From a virus, in the IMG/VR virus record IMGVR_UViG_3300030202_003006, positions 64,001 through 128,000 of that record: a stretch of DNA of 64,000 bases, one strand, 5' to 3'. Shown piece by piece: positions 8,585 through 17,784 of this stretch. Made by a program: the position numbers and the translations under genes. Within the stretch, counting starts at the first letter, position 1; the number at the start of each line of letters is the position of its first letter. A model generated the notes under the pieces. That model had not been told where the DNA came from. It did not search any database and was given only the letters and a program-made list of their open reading frames with translations.

Positions 8585-9439
8585 ATGGCAAAACAAATAA
8601 TCATAACTAAAGAACAATTAAAACTTATTGGTGGTATATTAGAAGAACAATCTAATAATATAAGAGCTTATAGTTTTGATTGGGACGATAATATTCTTAA
8701 AATGCCTACCACCATTAAAATGTTAAAAAATACTTCTGATGGTTGGGAACCTATAGAGGTGGGTACAGATGAGTTTGCTTTAGTTAGAGACGATGAAAAT
8801 TATAAATTAGATGATGGTGCATTTGATAATTTTATAGATGAAGATGCCTTCTTAAATGACTTAAAAATAGCTTTAGAAACAAATTCATTCGCCCCTTCAT
8901 TCGATAAATTTAAGGAAGCGTTAATATACGCCAACCCCATATCTATTATTACAGCTAGAGGGCACGACCCCCAAACCCTAAGAAAAGGGATGGATTTAGT
9001 TATATCACACACTTTTAACGAAACAGAATTATTAGAGATGATGGATAATATACAACAAGTATTTCCAGAGTTAGACGGTAATGACCCAGAATTAATATTA
9101 AAAACATATTTAGATGGTCACGAATATCACCCAGTAACATCCACAAAATTTACTGAAAAATTCGGATTAGAAGGTGGTTCTGCAGCAAATCCAGAAGAAA
9201 ATAAAAAAATAGCTTTAAGAGATTATGTTACAAAAATAGTTCATAAAGCGGGAGAAATGGTGGGTAGTAAGTATAATAAACTATCCGTTGGGTTTAGTGA
9301 TGATGATTTGGGTAATATAAATGCTATAATACCTTTTATACAGGAAGTATTACAGGTGGAGTTTCCTGAAGTAGATTTTATAGTTTACGACACTTCGGAG
9401 GGAATAAATAAAAAAATAGTATTAAAGAAGACGAATTAG
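8585..9439 (+). CDS. HAD-superfamily phosphatase (PNKP 3'-phosphatase / RNA-repair-like)
   Basis: Motif I FDWDDN, motif II IITARG and motif IV GFSDDD. Start moved to ATG 8585 (MAKQIIITKEQL). Confidence 0.7.
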   Translation: MAKQIIITKEQLKLIGGILEEQSNNIRAYSFDWDDNILKMPTTIKMLKNTSDGWEPIEVGTDEFALVRDDENYKLDDGAFDNFIDEDAFLNDLKIALETNSFAPSFDKFKEALIYANPISIITARGHDPQTLRKGMDLVISHTFNETELLEMMDNIQQVFPELDGNDPELILKTYLDGHEYHPVTSTKFTEKFGLEGGSAANPEENKKIALRDYVTKIVHKAGEMVGSKYNKLSVGFSDDDLGNINAIIPFIQEVLQVEFPEVDFIVYDTSEGINKKIVLKKTN

Positions 9440-9460
9440 GTAATTTTTTAACTCTCACTA

Positions 9461-9468
9461 TATTTATA
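9461..9468 (+). promoter_or_regulatory. Putative late promoter TATTTATA (tube)
   Basis: 40 nt upstream of ATG 9509. Confidence 0.55.
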
Positions 9469-9508
9469 GATATATAAAAAGAATAAATTAATATAAAAAA
9501 TAAACAAC

Positions 9509-9997
9509 ATGGCCGATTTATTGATGAAAATGCCGATACCTTATGAACCTAAGAAAAAGAATAGGTTTATTTTAAGATTTGATTCTTCATTAGGTATCAA
9601 CGAGTGGTATGTAGAAAGTACTTCTAGACCACAAATAACTATAAACTCTGTTGAGGTACCATTTTTAAATACATCAACTTACGTTGCAGGAAGGTTTACA
9701 TGGGGTACAATTAATGTAACTTTCAGAGACCCGATAGGTCCTTCAGCTTCACAAGCGTTAATGGAGTGGGTTAGATTACATTCTGAGTCGGTGACTGGTA
9801 GAATGGGTTACGCGGCAGGTTATAAAAAGAATATAGATTTAGAAATGTTAGACCCTACAGGTGTAGTGGTAGAAAAATGGATAATGCAAGGGACTTTCTT
9901 AACAGATGTTAATTTCGATAGTTTAGGGTATAGTGACGATGGTTTAGCTACCATTTCAGCAACTCTAAGACCTGACCGTTGTATATTAGTATACTAA
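9509..9997 (+). CDS. gp19: Tail tube protein (T4 gp19-like)
   Basis: 162 aa with YEPKKKNRF, YVAGRFTWGTINVTFRD, GYKKNIDLEMLDPTGVVVEKW and LGYS motifs. Confidence 0.92.
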   Translation: MADLLMKMPIPYEPKKKNRFILRFDSSLGINEWYVESTSRPQITINSVEVPFLNTSTYVAGRFTWGTINVTFRDPIGPSASQALMEWVRLHSESVTGRMGYAAGYKKNIDLEMLDPTGVVVEKWIMQGTFLTDVNFDSLGYSDDGLATISATLRPDRCILVY

Positions 9998-10019
9998 CAA
10001 AATAAAAAATATCATAATT

Positions 10020-10050
10020 AAAAGTCCTCAAAAGAGGACTTTTATTTTTT
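10020..10050 (+). terminator. Intrinsic terminator after the tail tube gene
   Basis: AAAAGTCCTC-AAAA-GAGGACTTTT followed by a T-rich tail. Confidence 0.85.
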
Positions 10051-10060
10051 TACCCTTTAC

Positions 10061-10089
10061 TTTACTATTATAATTAAGAAGCTTATATA
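10061..10089 (+). promoter_or_regulatory. Possible sigma70-type promoter TTTACT-N17-TATATA
   Basis: Upstream of ATG 10154; the region is very AT-rich, so a chance match is possible. Confidence 0.3.
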
Positions 10090-10153
10090 GCTATATAAAT
10101 AAAAATATTATGCAATATATTTACAATTATAATAATTATATATAAATTAACTT

Positions 10154-10909
10154 ATGCAAGAAGAATTAAAACACCAACCAGAAACAATACTTCCTTATGA
10201 CATGGTATCATTACCATCACAGGGAGTTTTCTATAAAAATAAAAAGAAAAGTGTTAAGGTAACATATTTAAATGCTTCCGATGAAAATTTATTAGCTTCT
10301 GCTGCGACTCAAAAAGGAGATTTAGTAAATCTATTAATCCAAAGAAAATTAGTAGACAAGGACATAAAAGCTGAAGAAATGGCTGATTGTGATAAAGAAG
10401 CTATTTTAATATTTTTAAGAAATACAGCTTTTGGTCCGGAATATACCGTAACACTAAAAGACCCTAAAACAGAGAAAAATTTTGACATCACGATAGACTT
10501 ATCTATTTTAAAGACTAAAGATATAGAGGTTAAATTAGATGAAAATAATGAGTTTGAATTTTTACTAGAAAAATCTAATAAAAAAGTTAAATTATGTTTT
10601 CTGTCTCCTACAGCTCAAAAAGAATTAAAAGAGATTGATGAACAAAACAAGGACAACCTATACAACCCATTTATGACTAAGCAGTTAGAAAAAATGATTA
10701 AGGAAATAGACGGGAATAGGGACCCAATGACAATCGCACAATATATACAAACAATGCCTATCGCCGACTCTCATGCAATTAAAAAAGTAGTGAGAGATAA
10801 TACACCATCACTAGACTTAACTGTAAAGTCCAAAACGCCTTCTGGTGATGAAATAAATGTGTTAATAGCGTTTGGTGTTGAGTTTTTTCGTCCTTTCTAC
10901 GGCATATAG
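10154..10909 (+). CDS. Baseplate hub assembly / tail assembly chaperone (T4 gp26-like)
   Basis: LPSQGVFY, DENLL and AILIFLRNTAFG motifs and an FF near the C-terminus; lies between tube and tape measure. Confidence 0.75.
   Translation: MQEELKHQPETILPYDMVSLPSQGVFYKNKKKSVKVTYLNASDENLLASAATQKGDLVNLLIQRKLVDKDIKAEEMADCDKEAILIFLRNTAFGPEYTVTLKDPKTEKNFDITIDLSILKTKDIEVKLDENNEFEFLLEKSNKKVKLCFLSPTAQKELKEIDEQNKDNLYNPFMTKQLEKMIKEIDGNRDPMTIAQYIQTMPIADSHAIKKVVRDNTPSLDLTVKSKTPSGDEINVLIAFGVEFFRPFYGI
10883..10892 (+). other. Putative +1 programmed ribosomal frameshift site UUU_UUU_CGU_C
   Basis: In-frame TTT(10886) can re-pair on TTC(10887) into the +1 ORF that ends at 11084. Confidence 0.6.
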
Positions 10910-11084
10910 GAATGCCCTATTGCAAGAGTTTTACTATTTAATGAGACACCTCCATATAAGCTGGTCAGACCTACTACAGATGCCAACCTTTGAACGAAGA
11001 TTTTACGTAAACCAATTAATACAAGACTTTACCAAAAAGAATGAACAACTTGAACAAGCTAAAAACCAAAGTAAAATGAGGTAA
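10887..11084 (+). CDS. gp51-like hub-assembly catalyst / 'T' part of a G-GT chaperone, probably made as a frameshift extension
   Basis: YYLMRHLHISWSDLLQMPTFERRFYVNQL resembles T4-like gp51. It is in the +1 frame and has no ATG until 10941. Confidence 0.65.
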   Translation, partial: FVLSTAYRNALLQEFYYLMRHLHISWSDLLQMPTFERRFYVNQLIQDFTKKNEQLEQAKNQSKMR

Positions 11085-11088
11085 TAAC

Positions 11089-11096
11089 TATTTATA
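11089..11096 (+). promoter_or_regulatory. Putative late promoter TATTTATA (tape measure)
   Basis: 16 nt upstream of ATG 11113. Confidence 0.55.
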
Positions 11097-11112
11097 GTTA
11101 AACAACCTAAAA

Positions 11113-13263
11113 ATGTTCAAACTGTTTAAACAACTACTAATTGAGTTTATTTTAACTGGAGCTAAACCTTATATAGCTTCACATCCTGAATTAGGAGTTC
11201 CTATCGGTATTTTTAACTACAAAGATGAACCTAATAGGGAAGCCCGTATTAAATCGATTAAAAAATTAGGTAAAAAAGGTAACCCACATTCAATTAAACT
11301 AGCGAAATTATTAGGGGTTGACCAACCAATTCCTTCATATGCTGATATTATGGTGGATGAGGCCGAGTATAAACAGTTAAAAGCAGATGTAAAAAGACTT
11401 ACTAAGGCAGTACGAGGTATGGGTACCTCTAGTATAGATGAGGATAGGAGAGAGTACGAAGGTACCAATCAGTTATTTAAATTTTTACAACAAGCAGCAC
11501 AAGTTAGAACACCAAGAAGTGGGTTGAGTGTAGGTGATTTAGGTGCTATGAAAGATGCGATGACGGATATATTGGACGGTAGTCTTGATATAGAGAAAAG
11601 TACCGGAGCAATATTAGATGGTCTAGCTTTAGAAGACACACTAAGACTAGATATATCAAAATCATTAGGGTTATCTAACGCACAATTATACGACCAAATA
11701 GAGATTTTAAATGAATCAGCGGTAGAGATGTCTAAATTTGCTATAACAGCAAATGATTTATACGAGACATTTAAAAAGATGACTAGTGAGATAGGTAGAA
11801 ATTTATTTATCCCACCTGAAGTTACAGAAAGAGCATCCCTACTCACCAAAACACTTGCTGGATTTGACGCTGGAAAATTTGCAAAAGCATTTGATACTAT
11901 AGGTTATAGTTTAGGTGATGCAATGGGTGAGGTAGACTCAACCAACAACGCTATGTCAGATATTTTAGAAACCGGGAGAGCATTTGGGGTTGTTATGGAA
12001 GAATTTTTAGGGACAATAGGTGATAATCTTAATTTAATTAATACATTTGGGTTTGAAAAAGGTACCGAGGGTCTAGCTAGAATGGTAGCTAGAGGACAAG
12101 CTTTAGGTTTATCCATGGATAAAGTAACTAGTTTAGCTGATAAGTTCTTTGACCCAGAAGGTGCTATAGATTTTGCCGCACAAATGAATGTAATTGGTGG
12201 TGCTGTGGGTGATTTAGCTGACCCATTCAAACTAATGTATATGGCAACTAATGACCTAGAAGGTCTACAAACCGCAATTGTAGATACAGCAGCAGCGGCA
12301 GTACACTTCGATAAAGAAAAAGGAAAATTTTCTATATCACCTGACCAGAGACGACAACTAAGAGCTATGGCAGAACAAATGGGAATGTCGTACCAAGAAC
12401 TTGCGGACACCGCTATTAAATCTGCAAGAAGAGCTGAAGTCTTTAATAAAATGGAATTTACTGGTTATTCTGATACGGATAAAGAGTTAATTGCTGGTAT
12501 GGCAGAAATAGGTAAAGGTGGTGTAGCACAGGTAAGAATACCTGGACTGGACGCTATGGTAGATGTAGAAGATTTAACCGCCGGACAAGTAGAGGAGTTA
12601 AAGAAAAGTAGTATGAAAGATAGTGATGTCTATAAACAACAACTAACTGTAGCTGAAGCAGCAAACCAATACTTAGCAGCTATGGATGCCGGAATAAGAA
12701 TATTGGTTAGAGATTTGGGTAAAGCTGGAGCTGAAGGACAAATAGACCAGATGGCTTTAAGTCAACAACTCGCAACTCAAGTACCACAATTAACTGACGA
12801 ACAGCGTGATATTATGACAAGTGGTGATAAAGAAGAAATTATGAAAATGATTTCTGAATTATCTACAGCTGCTACGGGAAGTATAGATACAGCATTAGCT
12901 GAAATGTTGAAAAATGCAGCAGGACTTAATGATTTTATTGTCACACCAGACGGGATACATAAATATGCAAAAGGTGATTTGGTTACAGGTGTGGACCTAC
13001 CATCACTAAAAGCAGCAGAAAGTAAAAATAATACTGATATAATTGAAAGAGTTACTAGTATGAATGAAAGTATTAATAATGTTACTAATAATAATATGGC
13101 TGGGGGTAACGGAATGGTGCAGTTGACTGGTTCCATAACTTTAAAATCTGATAACCCTAATGATGGTACAGCGAAGGTAAAGATAGCAGATTTAATTAAA
13201 AACGCGAACGCTAATGAATTACAGGCATTTTCGGACATACTTAAAAAGGCGATAAACGGATAA
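11113..13263 (+). CDS. Tape measure protein
   Basis: 716 aa, Ala/Gly/Met-rich and helical (LRAMAEQMGMSYQELA); follows the chaperone pair. Confidence 0.75.
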   Translation: MFKLFKQLLIEFILTGAKPYIASHPELGVPIGIFNYKDEPNREARIKSIKKLGKKGNPHSIKLAKLLGVDQPIPSYADIMVDEAEYKQLKADVKRLTKAVRGMGTSSIDEDRREYEGTNQLFKFLQQAAQVRTPRSGLSVGDLGAMKDAMTDILDGSLDIEKSTGAILDGLALEDTLRLDISKSLGLSNAQLYDQIEILNESAVEMSKFAITANDLYETFKKMTSEIGRNLFIPPEVTERASLLTKTLAGFDAGKFAKAFDTIGYSLGDAMGEVDSTNNAMSDILETGRAFGVVMEEFLGTIGDNLNLINTFGFEKGTEGLARMVARGQALGLSMDKVTSLADKFFDPEGAIDFAAQMNVIGGAVGDLADPFKLMYMATNDLEGLQTAIVDTAAAAVHFDKEKGKFSISPDQRRQLRAMAEQMGMSYQELADTAIKSARRAEVFNKMEFTGYSDTDKELIAGMAEIGKGGVAQVRIPGLDAMVDVEDLTAGQVEELKKSSMKDSDVYKQQLTVAEAANQYLAAMDAGIRILVRDLGKAGAEGQIDQMALSQQLATQVPQLTDEQRDIMTSGDKEEIMKMISELSTAATGSIDTALAEMLKNAAGLNDFIVTPDGIHKYAKGDLVTGVDLPSLKAAESKNNTDIIERVTSMNESINNVTNNNMAGGNGMVQLTGSITLKSDNPNDGTAKVKIADLIKNANANELQAFSDILKKAING

Positions 13264-13266
13264 GAT

Positions 13267-16200
13267 ATGGTGAAACAAAACACTACAATACAAAACCCTT
13301 ATGGATTAGGTAACTATCAAATTAATATAAAAAGTACCGAAATTCTAAGAAAACATTTATTAGGTAAAAATTTACAAAGCTCTTATCTAGCTGATGGTAA
13401 CCCTTTACCACCACCATATGGTGTGCAAAAACCGGGAGACTTTAGTTACCAAAATCTCTCAGATAATTTCGTGATAGACCAAAAGACTGTTATGGAAATA
13501 GGTGAGAAATACCAAACAAGTTTATTTTTAGACAATAGTTATGGTCCGGAAGGTGGGTACACAGATGTTAAGATGATAGATGTTGAAAAAGTTCTACCGA
13601 GACTAGGGAAAGACTATGTTTCCCCAAATACAATCCAACCAAAAAACTTCGTTTCTGCCACATACACACCTGGAGAAATATTAGACACCGTAAATATTAC
13701 TAATGGTGTTACCAACACTCTAAATTCTAAGATACTAAATGATAGTAGATTGATGAGTGTGTCTTCTGGTTATCTTAGAAGAGGGTTAGCTGCAAAACAA
13801 CAACAATTTTTATTTGAAACTACAGACGGTCCAGGAACTCCACCACCCGCAGAAAAAAACATTAGTACATCCCCTAGTCAATTAATACTTGAAGGTACAG
13901 ATTTTATGTCACGGATTACTGATTTGTATTATGGGTATTCTGAAATTCCAGGTAATTACTTTGATTCGGTTTTTGTACCTGACATTAATGGATTAAAATT
14001 AAATCAAATTAGTTATCAAGGAGGTCTAGATAATTTCCAAGCTACAGCTGAAGCTATTATAAATGGCATTATTGGTAATGACGGAATACCAAACAGTCCG
14101 GGTGCTTTACCAATACCTAGTGATACCTTTATAAATTATATGGGGGTTGAACAACAGTCAGCTCTTTTTAAAGCTTTAAACTACAATATATATAGGCCTG
14201 ATTATAGTAGAACACAAACACCTAGTTCAGTGGAAAAAGCCACACCATTCTACTACGTAGGCTCAAGAGAAAATGAACCAGGTAAAATACAAAGCCCAAT
14301 GGGGGCTGTACCACAAGATGAGTTTGGTAGGAATACAGGTGCTTTAGTATATGGTCCATCGACGGTAGCAAAAGAATTAGAAACGGTAAACGGTACACCA
14401 CTATGGCAATTTTACCAATTTGGTTTACAGGGTAATACTGTAGGTGATGGTGGAGGTCTTGTTGGAGGTTGGACCTGGTTTGGTAATCAGTCGTTTGCGT
14501 CAACAAACGCACCACCAGGAATGTTATTTACTAGGTCATTTACTAAACCTAAAAGAAAAGGTGGTATACTTGACGAAACCCAAAAACTTATAGATTCAGC
14601 ACCATTAATGGGAGGTGCTAGAAGAAGACACGCAGGTCACGCAATAGACCAAACATCAAAAGTATTTAACGATGGTTATTTTAAAATACCTAAGGGTTCT
14701 GGTGCTATGGTTGTAGATGGGGGTGAGGATAGTGTGAATGGTGATTATTGTAGAACATGGACAAAAGATAATCCATACTATAAAATGGTAAACCTACAAA
14801 GATATAGGGGTAATCAGTTAGGTGATAAGAATTCAGTATTAAGTAATACATATGATTTAAATATTGCACCTACAGTAAACGCTAACGGTGAACCGGTAAA
14901 TTTTGGTACAAAAGATGGGGAAAATATAACAAAATATATGTTCTCGATAGAAAATTTAGCTTGGAGAGGTTCGGAAGAATTACAAAGTTTACCACAAGCA
15001 GAAAAAGGACCTAATGGTGGTAGGATAATGTGGTTCCCCCCATACGACATTAGTATTGGAGATACCAATTCCGCTCAATGGAATTCAGTTAACTTTTTAG
15101 GTAGACCAGAACCAGTTTACACCTATAACTATACTGAAAGAATTGGTACACTATCTTTTAAAATTGTAGTAGACCATCCATCGATACTAAACGTGATTGC
15201 ACAAAAAGAATTAAATAATAAAATAGATTATAACGCTGATAGAATCCTAGAGTCATTTTTTGCTGGATGTAAAAAATATGATATATATGAATTAGCAGCT
15301 ACATACTCCAAACTATCTTTAAATGATATTATAGAAACACAAAACGCCATTCAAGCTAATGATATCACTGATGAATATAATGAAAACCCACAAGGAGCCA
15401 TCAATAATAATGGTACCACCGGTACCGATTCACCTATACCCCCAGGTAGTGGTGATGCACCAGGAACTGGAAGTGCGGGAAGTGGGGACGCCCCAATACA
15501 AAGTGCGTCAGCTCAAATATTAGAAGAAATGGCAAGTGGTAACACAAATACCACAACAACGGAAGATGATGAATTACCCAACTTATTTGGTGCTGGTGCT
15601 CCAGGACAAACTATACCACCAGATTCAGTGGCCGCACAAAATAACCAAGGAGAGGCATCAGAAAATGTTAGTGGTTTAAATACAAGAAAAATCCTAGCGA
15701 GATTATTGGGTGAACAAAATTATTTTAAACACTTAGAAAATGAAGATGAATTTGTATTCAGTTCTATTAAAAGACAACTAAAATATTTTCACCCCTCATT
15801 CCATTCTATGACACCAGAAGGTCTTAATAGTAGATTGACCTTTTTACTACAGTGTACAAGACCAGGAAAAACAATACCAACAGAAACAAGAGAAGGGCAG
15901 GTAGAGGTAGATGCGGACAACACCGCATTTGGAGCACCACCAATATGTATTCTAAGAGTGGGTGACTTGTATAACACAAAAATAGCAATAGATTCGGTAA
16001 GTTTTAGTTATGACCCATTAGTTTTCGACATGAATCCAGAAGGTATTGGTTTACAACCAATGATAGCTAATGTACAAATGAACTTTAAATACATAGGTGG
16101 ACAAAGTTTAGAAAAACCAGTATCGGAATTACAAAATGCTTTATCCTTTAATTTCTTTGCTAACACTGAAATGTATGATGATAGAAGCACTAGTTATAAA

Positions 16201-16368
16201 AAAGCTAAACCACTACCTAAAGAACAAGAATTGATAACAGCTATTACAGACGCGGCAAATCAAACTACAGAGCAAAATCAATCAGATTCTTCAGAAGAAG
16301 ATAATAATCTTGATGGGGAAACCAATTTAAATGAGTTAGAGGAATACCCAAATTTATTTGACGAATAA
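13267..16368 (+). CDS. Baseplate tube-cap/initiator-like structural protein (gp48/gp54-type domain with insertions)
   Basis: WNSVNFLGRPEPVYTYNYTER and APPICILRVGD...PMIANVQMNF motifs; follows the tape measure gene. Confidence 0.55.
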   Translation: MVKQNTTIQNPYGLGNYQINIKSTEILRKHLLGKNLQSSYLADGNPLPPPYGVQKPGDFSYQNLSDNFVIDQKTVMEIGEKYQTSLFLDNSYGPEGGYTDVKMIDVEKVLPRLGKDYVSPNTIQPKNFVSATYTPGEILDTVNITNGVTNTLNSKILNDSRLMSVSSGYLRRGLAAKQQQFLFETTDGPGTPPPAEKNISTSPSQLILEGTDFMSRITDLYYGYSEIPGNYFDSVFVPDINGLKLNQISYQGGLDNFQATAEAIINGIIGNDGIPNSPGALPIPSDTFINYMGVEQQSALFKALNYNIYRPDYSRTQTPSSVEKATPFYYVGSRENEPGKIQSPMGAVPQDEFGRNTGALVYGPSTVAKELETVNGTPLWQFYQFGLQGNTVGDGGGLVGGWTWFGNQSFASTNAPPGMLFTRSFTKPKRKGGILDETQKLIDSAPLMGGARRRHAGHAIDQTSKVFNDGYFKIPKGSGAMVVDGGEDSVNGDYCRTWTKDNPYYKMVNLQRYRGNQLGDKNSVLSNTYDLNIAPTVNANGEPVNFGTKDGENITKYMFSIENLAWRGSEELQSLPQAEKGPNGGRIMWFPPYDISIGDTNSAQWNSVNFLGRPEPVYTYNYTERIGTLSFKIVVDHPSILNVIAQKELNNKIDYNADRILESFFAGCKKYDIYELAATYSKLSLNDIIETQNAIQANDITDEYNENPQGAINNNGTTGTDSPIPPGSGDAPGTGSAGSGDAPIQSASAQILEEMASGNTNTTTTEDDELPNLFGAGAPGQTIPPDSVAAQNNQGEASENVSGLNTRKILARLLGEQNYFKHLENEDEFVFSSIKRQLKYFHPSFHSMTPEGLNSRLTFLLQCTRPGKTIPTETREGQVEVDADNTAFGAPPICILRVGDLYNTKIAIDSVSFSYDPLVFDMNPEGIGLQPMIANVQMNFKYIGGQSLEKPVSELQNALSFNFFANTEMYDDRSTSYKKAKPLPKEQELITAITDAANQTTEQNQSDSSEEDNNLDGETNLNELEEYPNLFDE

Positions 16369-16369
16369 T

Positions 16370-17464
16370 ATGGCTAAACAAATTAATTATAAAAATTTAT
16401 TAAATGGTTTTGTTGACACTAGTAACGCATACACTAGTGATGTAAATAATAGACTAAAAAGTTTATACTTTTATTATAATATGGGTTGTGTTGAAGAATA
16501 CTTACATAATAGAAGATTTAATAGTGGTAGTGTTGGAAATAGTGGTAATACTAAACCATTTGTGGGTATCCCTAGTCAAATATTCCAAACTATAACTACT
16601 TATTATGAAAATTTAAAAAGTAATATAAGTGGTGAGACCACCGATATACAAACAAAGTTTAACAGTGTGACACCAACACCAACTAACGAAGAAAAGACAT
16701 ATATAAAAAATATATTAAACCAATATCTAGAGGAGGCTTTAAGTAATATAACATCTGAAATTATATCAATAACTAATAGTTTTAGGGATTTACAAATAAA
16801 AACTACAAAAAATATAGATAAATTAAATTTTATAACTGGACAAGCGTATGATGGTCAGTTTTTAAATAATTTCGGGGGTAGAGTTATTGCTTTACAACTG
16901 ACCAGTTCTACAACTACTCTAACCAATAATTATTACGAGAGTTGTAGAAACCTACTTGAGTTTATTGGTGATAACATAGAAAATAAATTCATTAAAAACT
17001 ACCCGACAGGAAACGAATATTTTTTCTTTACACATAAAGTCTATACAAATGATGTATTAACATTTAATTTTGGTGAAGGTCTACGTAAACAATTACTAGT
17101 ACTTTTACAATATAGAGATGGTGAATTATACGATGACCTATTAAAAGTAGATGAGACGGGTGTTAATGGTATTAAAGCATATACGAAATATAGATTTAAA
17201 CCCTTATTAGATAATATTATAATACCTTGGATAAAATATGATGCCAGACTACAAGATAGTAGGTTTACTAACGGACTTGAAACCGGATACGAAACATATT
17301 TAGGTAAATCCATAAACTACCAGAATAGTTATAACGTAGGTTATAATCTTAATACTGGTTTTACAGCTGATAATTTGGTTAGAACCGAGTTAAGAAATAG
17401 AAATATAGGGTTGGATAATGAACTATTCAATTATAAAAGTATTTCACAATTATATATTAGTTAA
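16370..17464 (+). CDS. Hypothetical structural protein
   Basis: 364 aa from ATG 16370 (MAKQINYK), within the baseplate operon. Confidence 0.6.
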   Translation: MAKQINYKNLLNGFVDTSNAYTSDVNNRLKSLYFYYNMGCVEEYLHNRRFNSGSVGNSGNTKPFVGIPSQIFQTITTYYENLKSNISGETTDIQTKFNSVTPTPTNEEKTYIKNILNQYLEEALSNITSEIISITNSFRDLQIKTTKNIDKLNFITGQAYDGQFLNNFGGRVIALQLTSSTTTLTNNYYESCRNLLEFIGDNIENKFIKNYPTGNEYFFFTHKVYTNDVLTFNFGEGLRKQLLVLLQYRDGELYDDLLKVDETGVNGIKAYTKYRFKPLLDNIIIPWIKYDARLQDSRFTNGLETGYETYLGKSINYQNSYNVGYNLNTGFTADNLVRTELRNRNIGLDNELFNYKSISQLYIS

Positions 17465-17466
17465 AT

Positions 17467-17784
17467 ATGAGTTATTATAATAGATATAATGAATTTGTTG
17501 TAAATGGAGACTTTATTATGGTACCATATATTACCCTAACGCCAAAATCTAGTGATAGACAATTAGTATATAAGGTAGGTAAAACTAGACTAGACAAACT
17601 ATCCCAACAATTTTATGGTTCACCTTATTATGGTTGGTTGATTTTACAAGCCAACCCAACTTATGGTGGCCAGGAGTGGAATATACCAGATAACGCTATT
17701 ATAACATTACCATTTCCTTTAATGCCTTCACTAGAAGAGTATAAATCTAAACTAGACCAACACTTCTTATATTATGGCAGATAG
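17467..17784 (+). CDS. LysM-like baseplate protein (T4 gp53 / P2 gpX-like)
   Basis: TRLDKLSQQFYGSPYYGWLILQANP motif. Confidence 0.85.
   Translation: MSYYNRYNEFVVNGDFIMVPYITLTPKSSDRQLVYKVGKTRLDKLSQQFYGSPYYGWLILQANPTYGGQEWNIPDNAIITLPFPLMPSLEEYKSKLDQHFLYYGR

Noticed and set aside
10094-10101. T4-type late promoter TATAAATA on the + strand
   Set aside because: A single occurrence in a very AT-rich gap; the recurrent oriented motif is TATTTAT.
10110-10145. Micro-ORF MQYIYNYNNYI
   Set aside because: Low-complexity AT-rich sequence with no supporting features.
10883-10888. Canonical -1 slippery site at the chaperone junction
   Set aside because: The downstream ORF is in the +1 frame; a -1 shift would not reach it, and a -2 shift needs poor P-site re-pairing on AGT.
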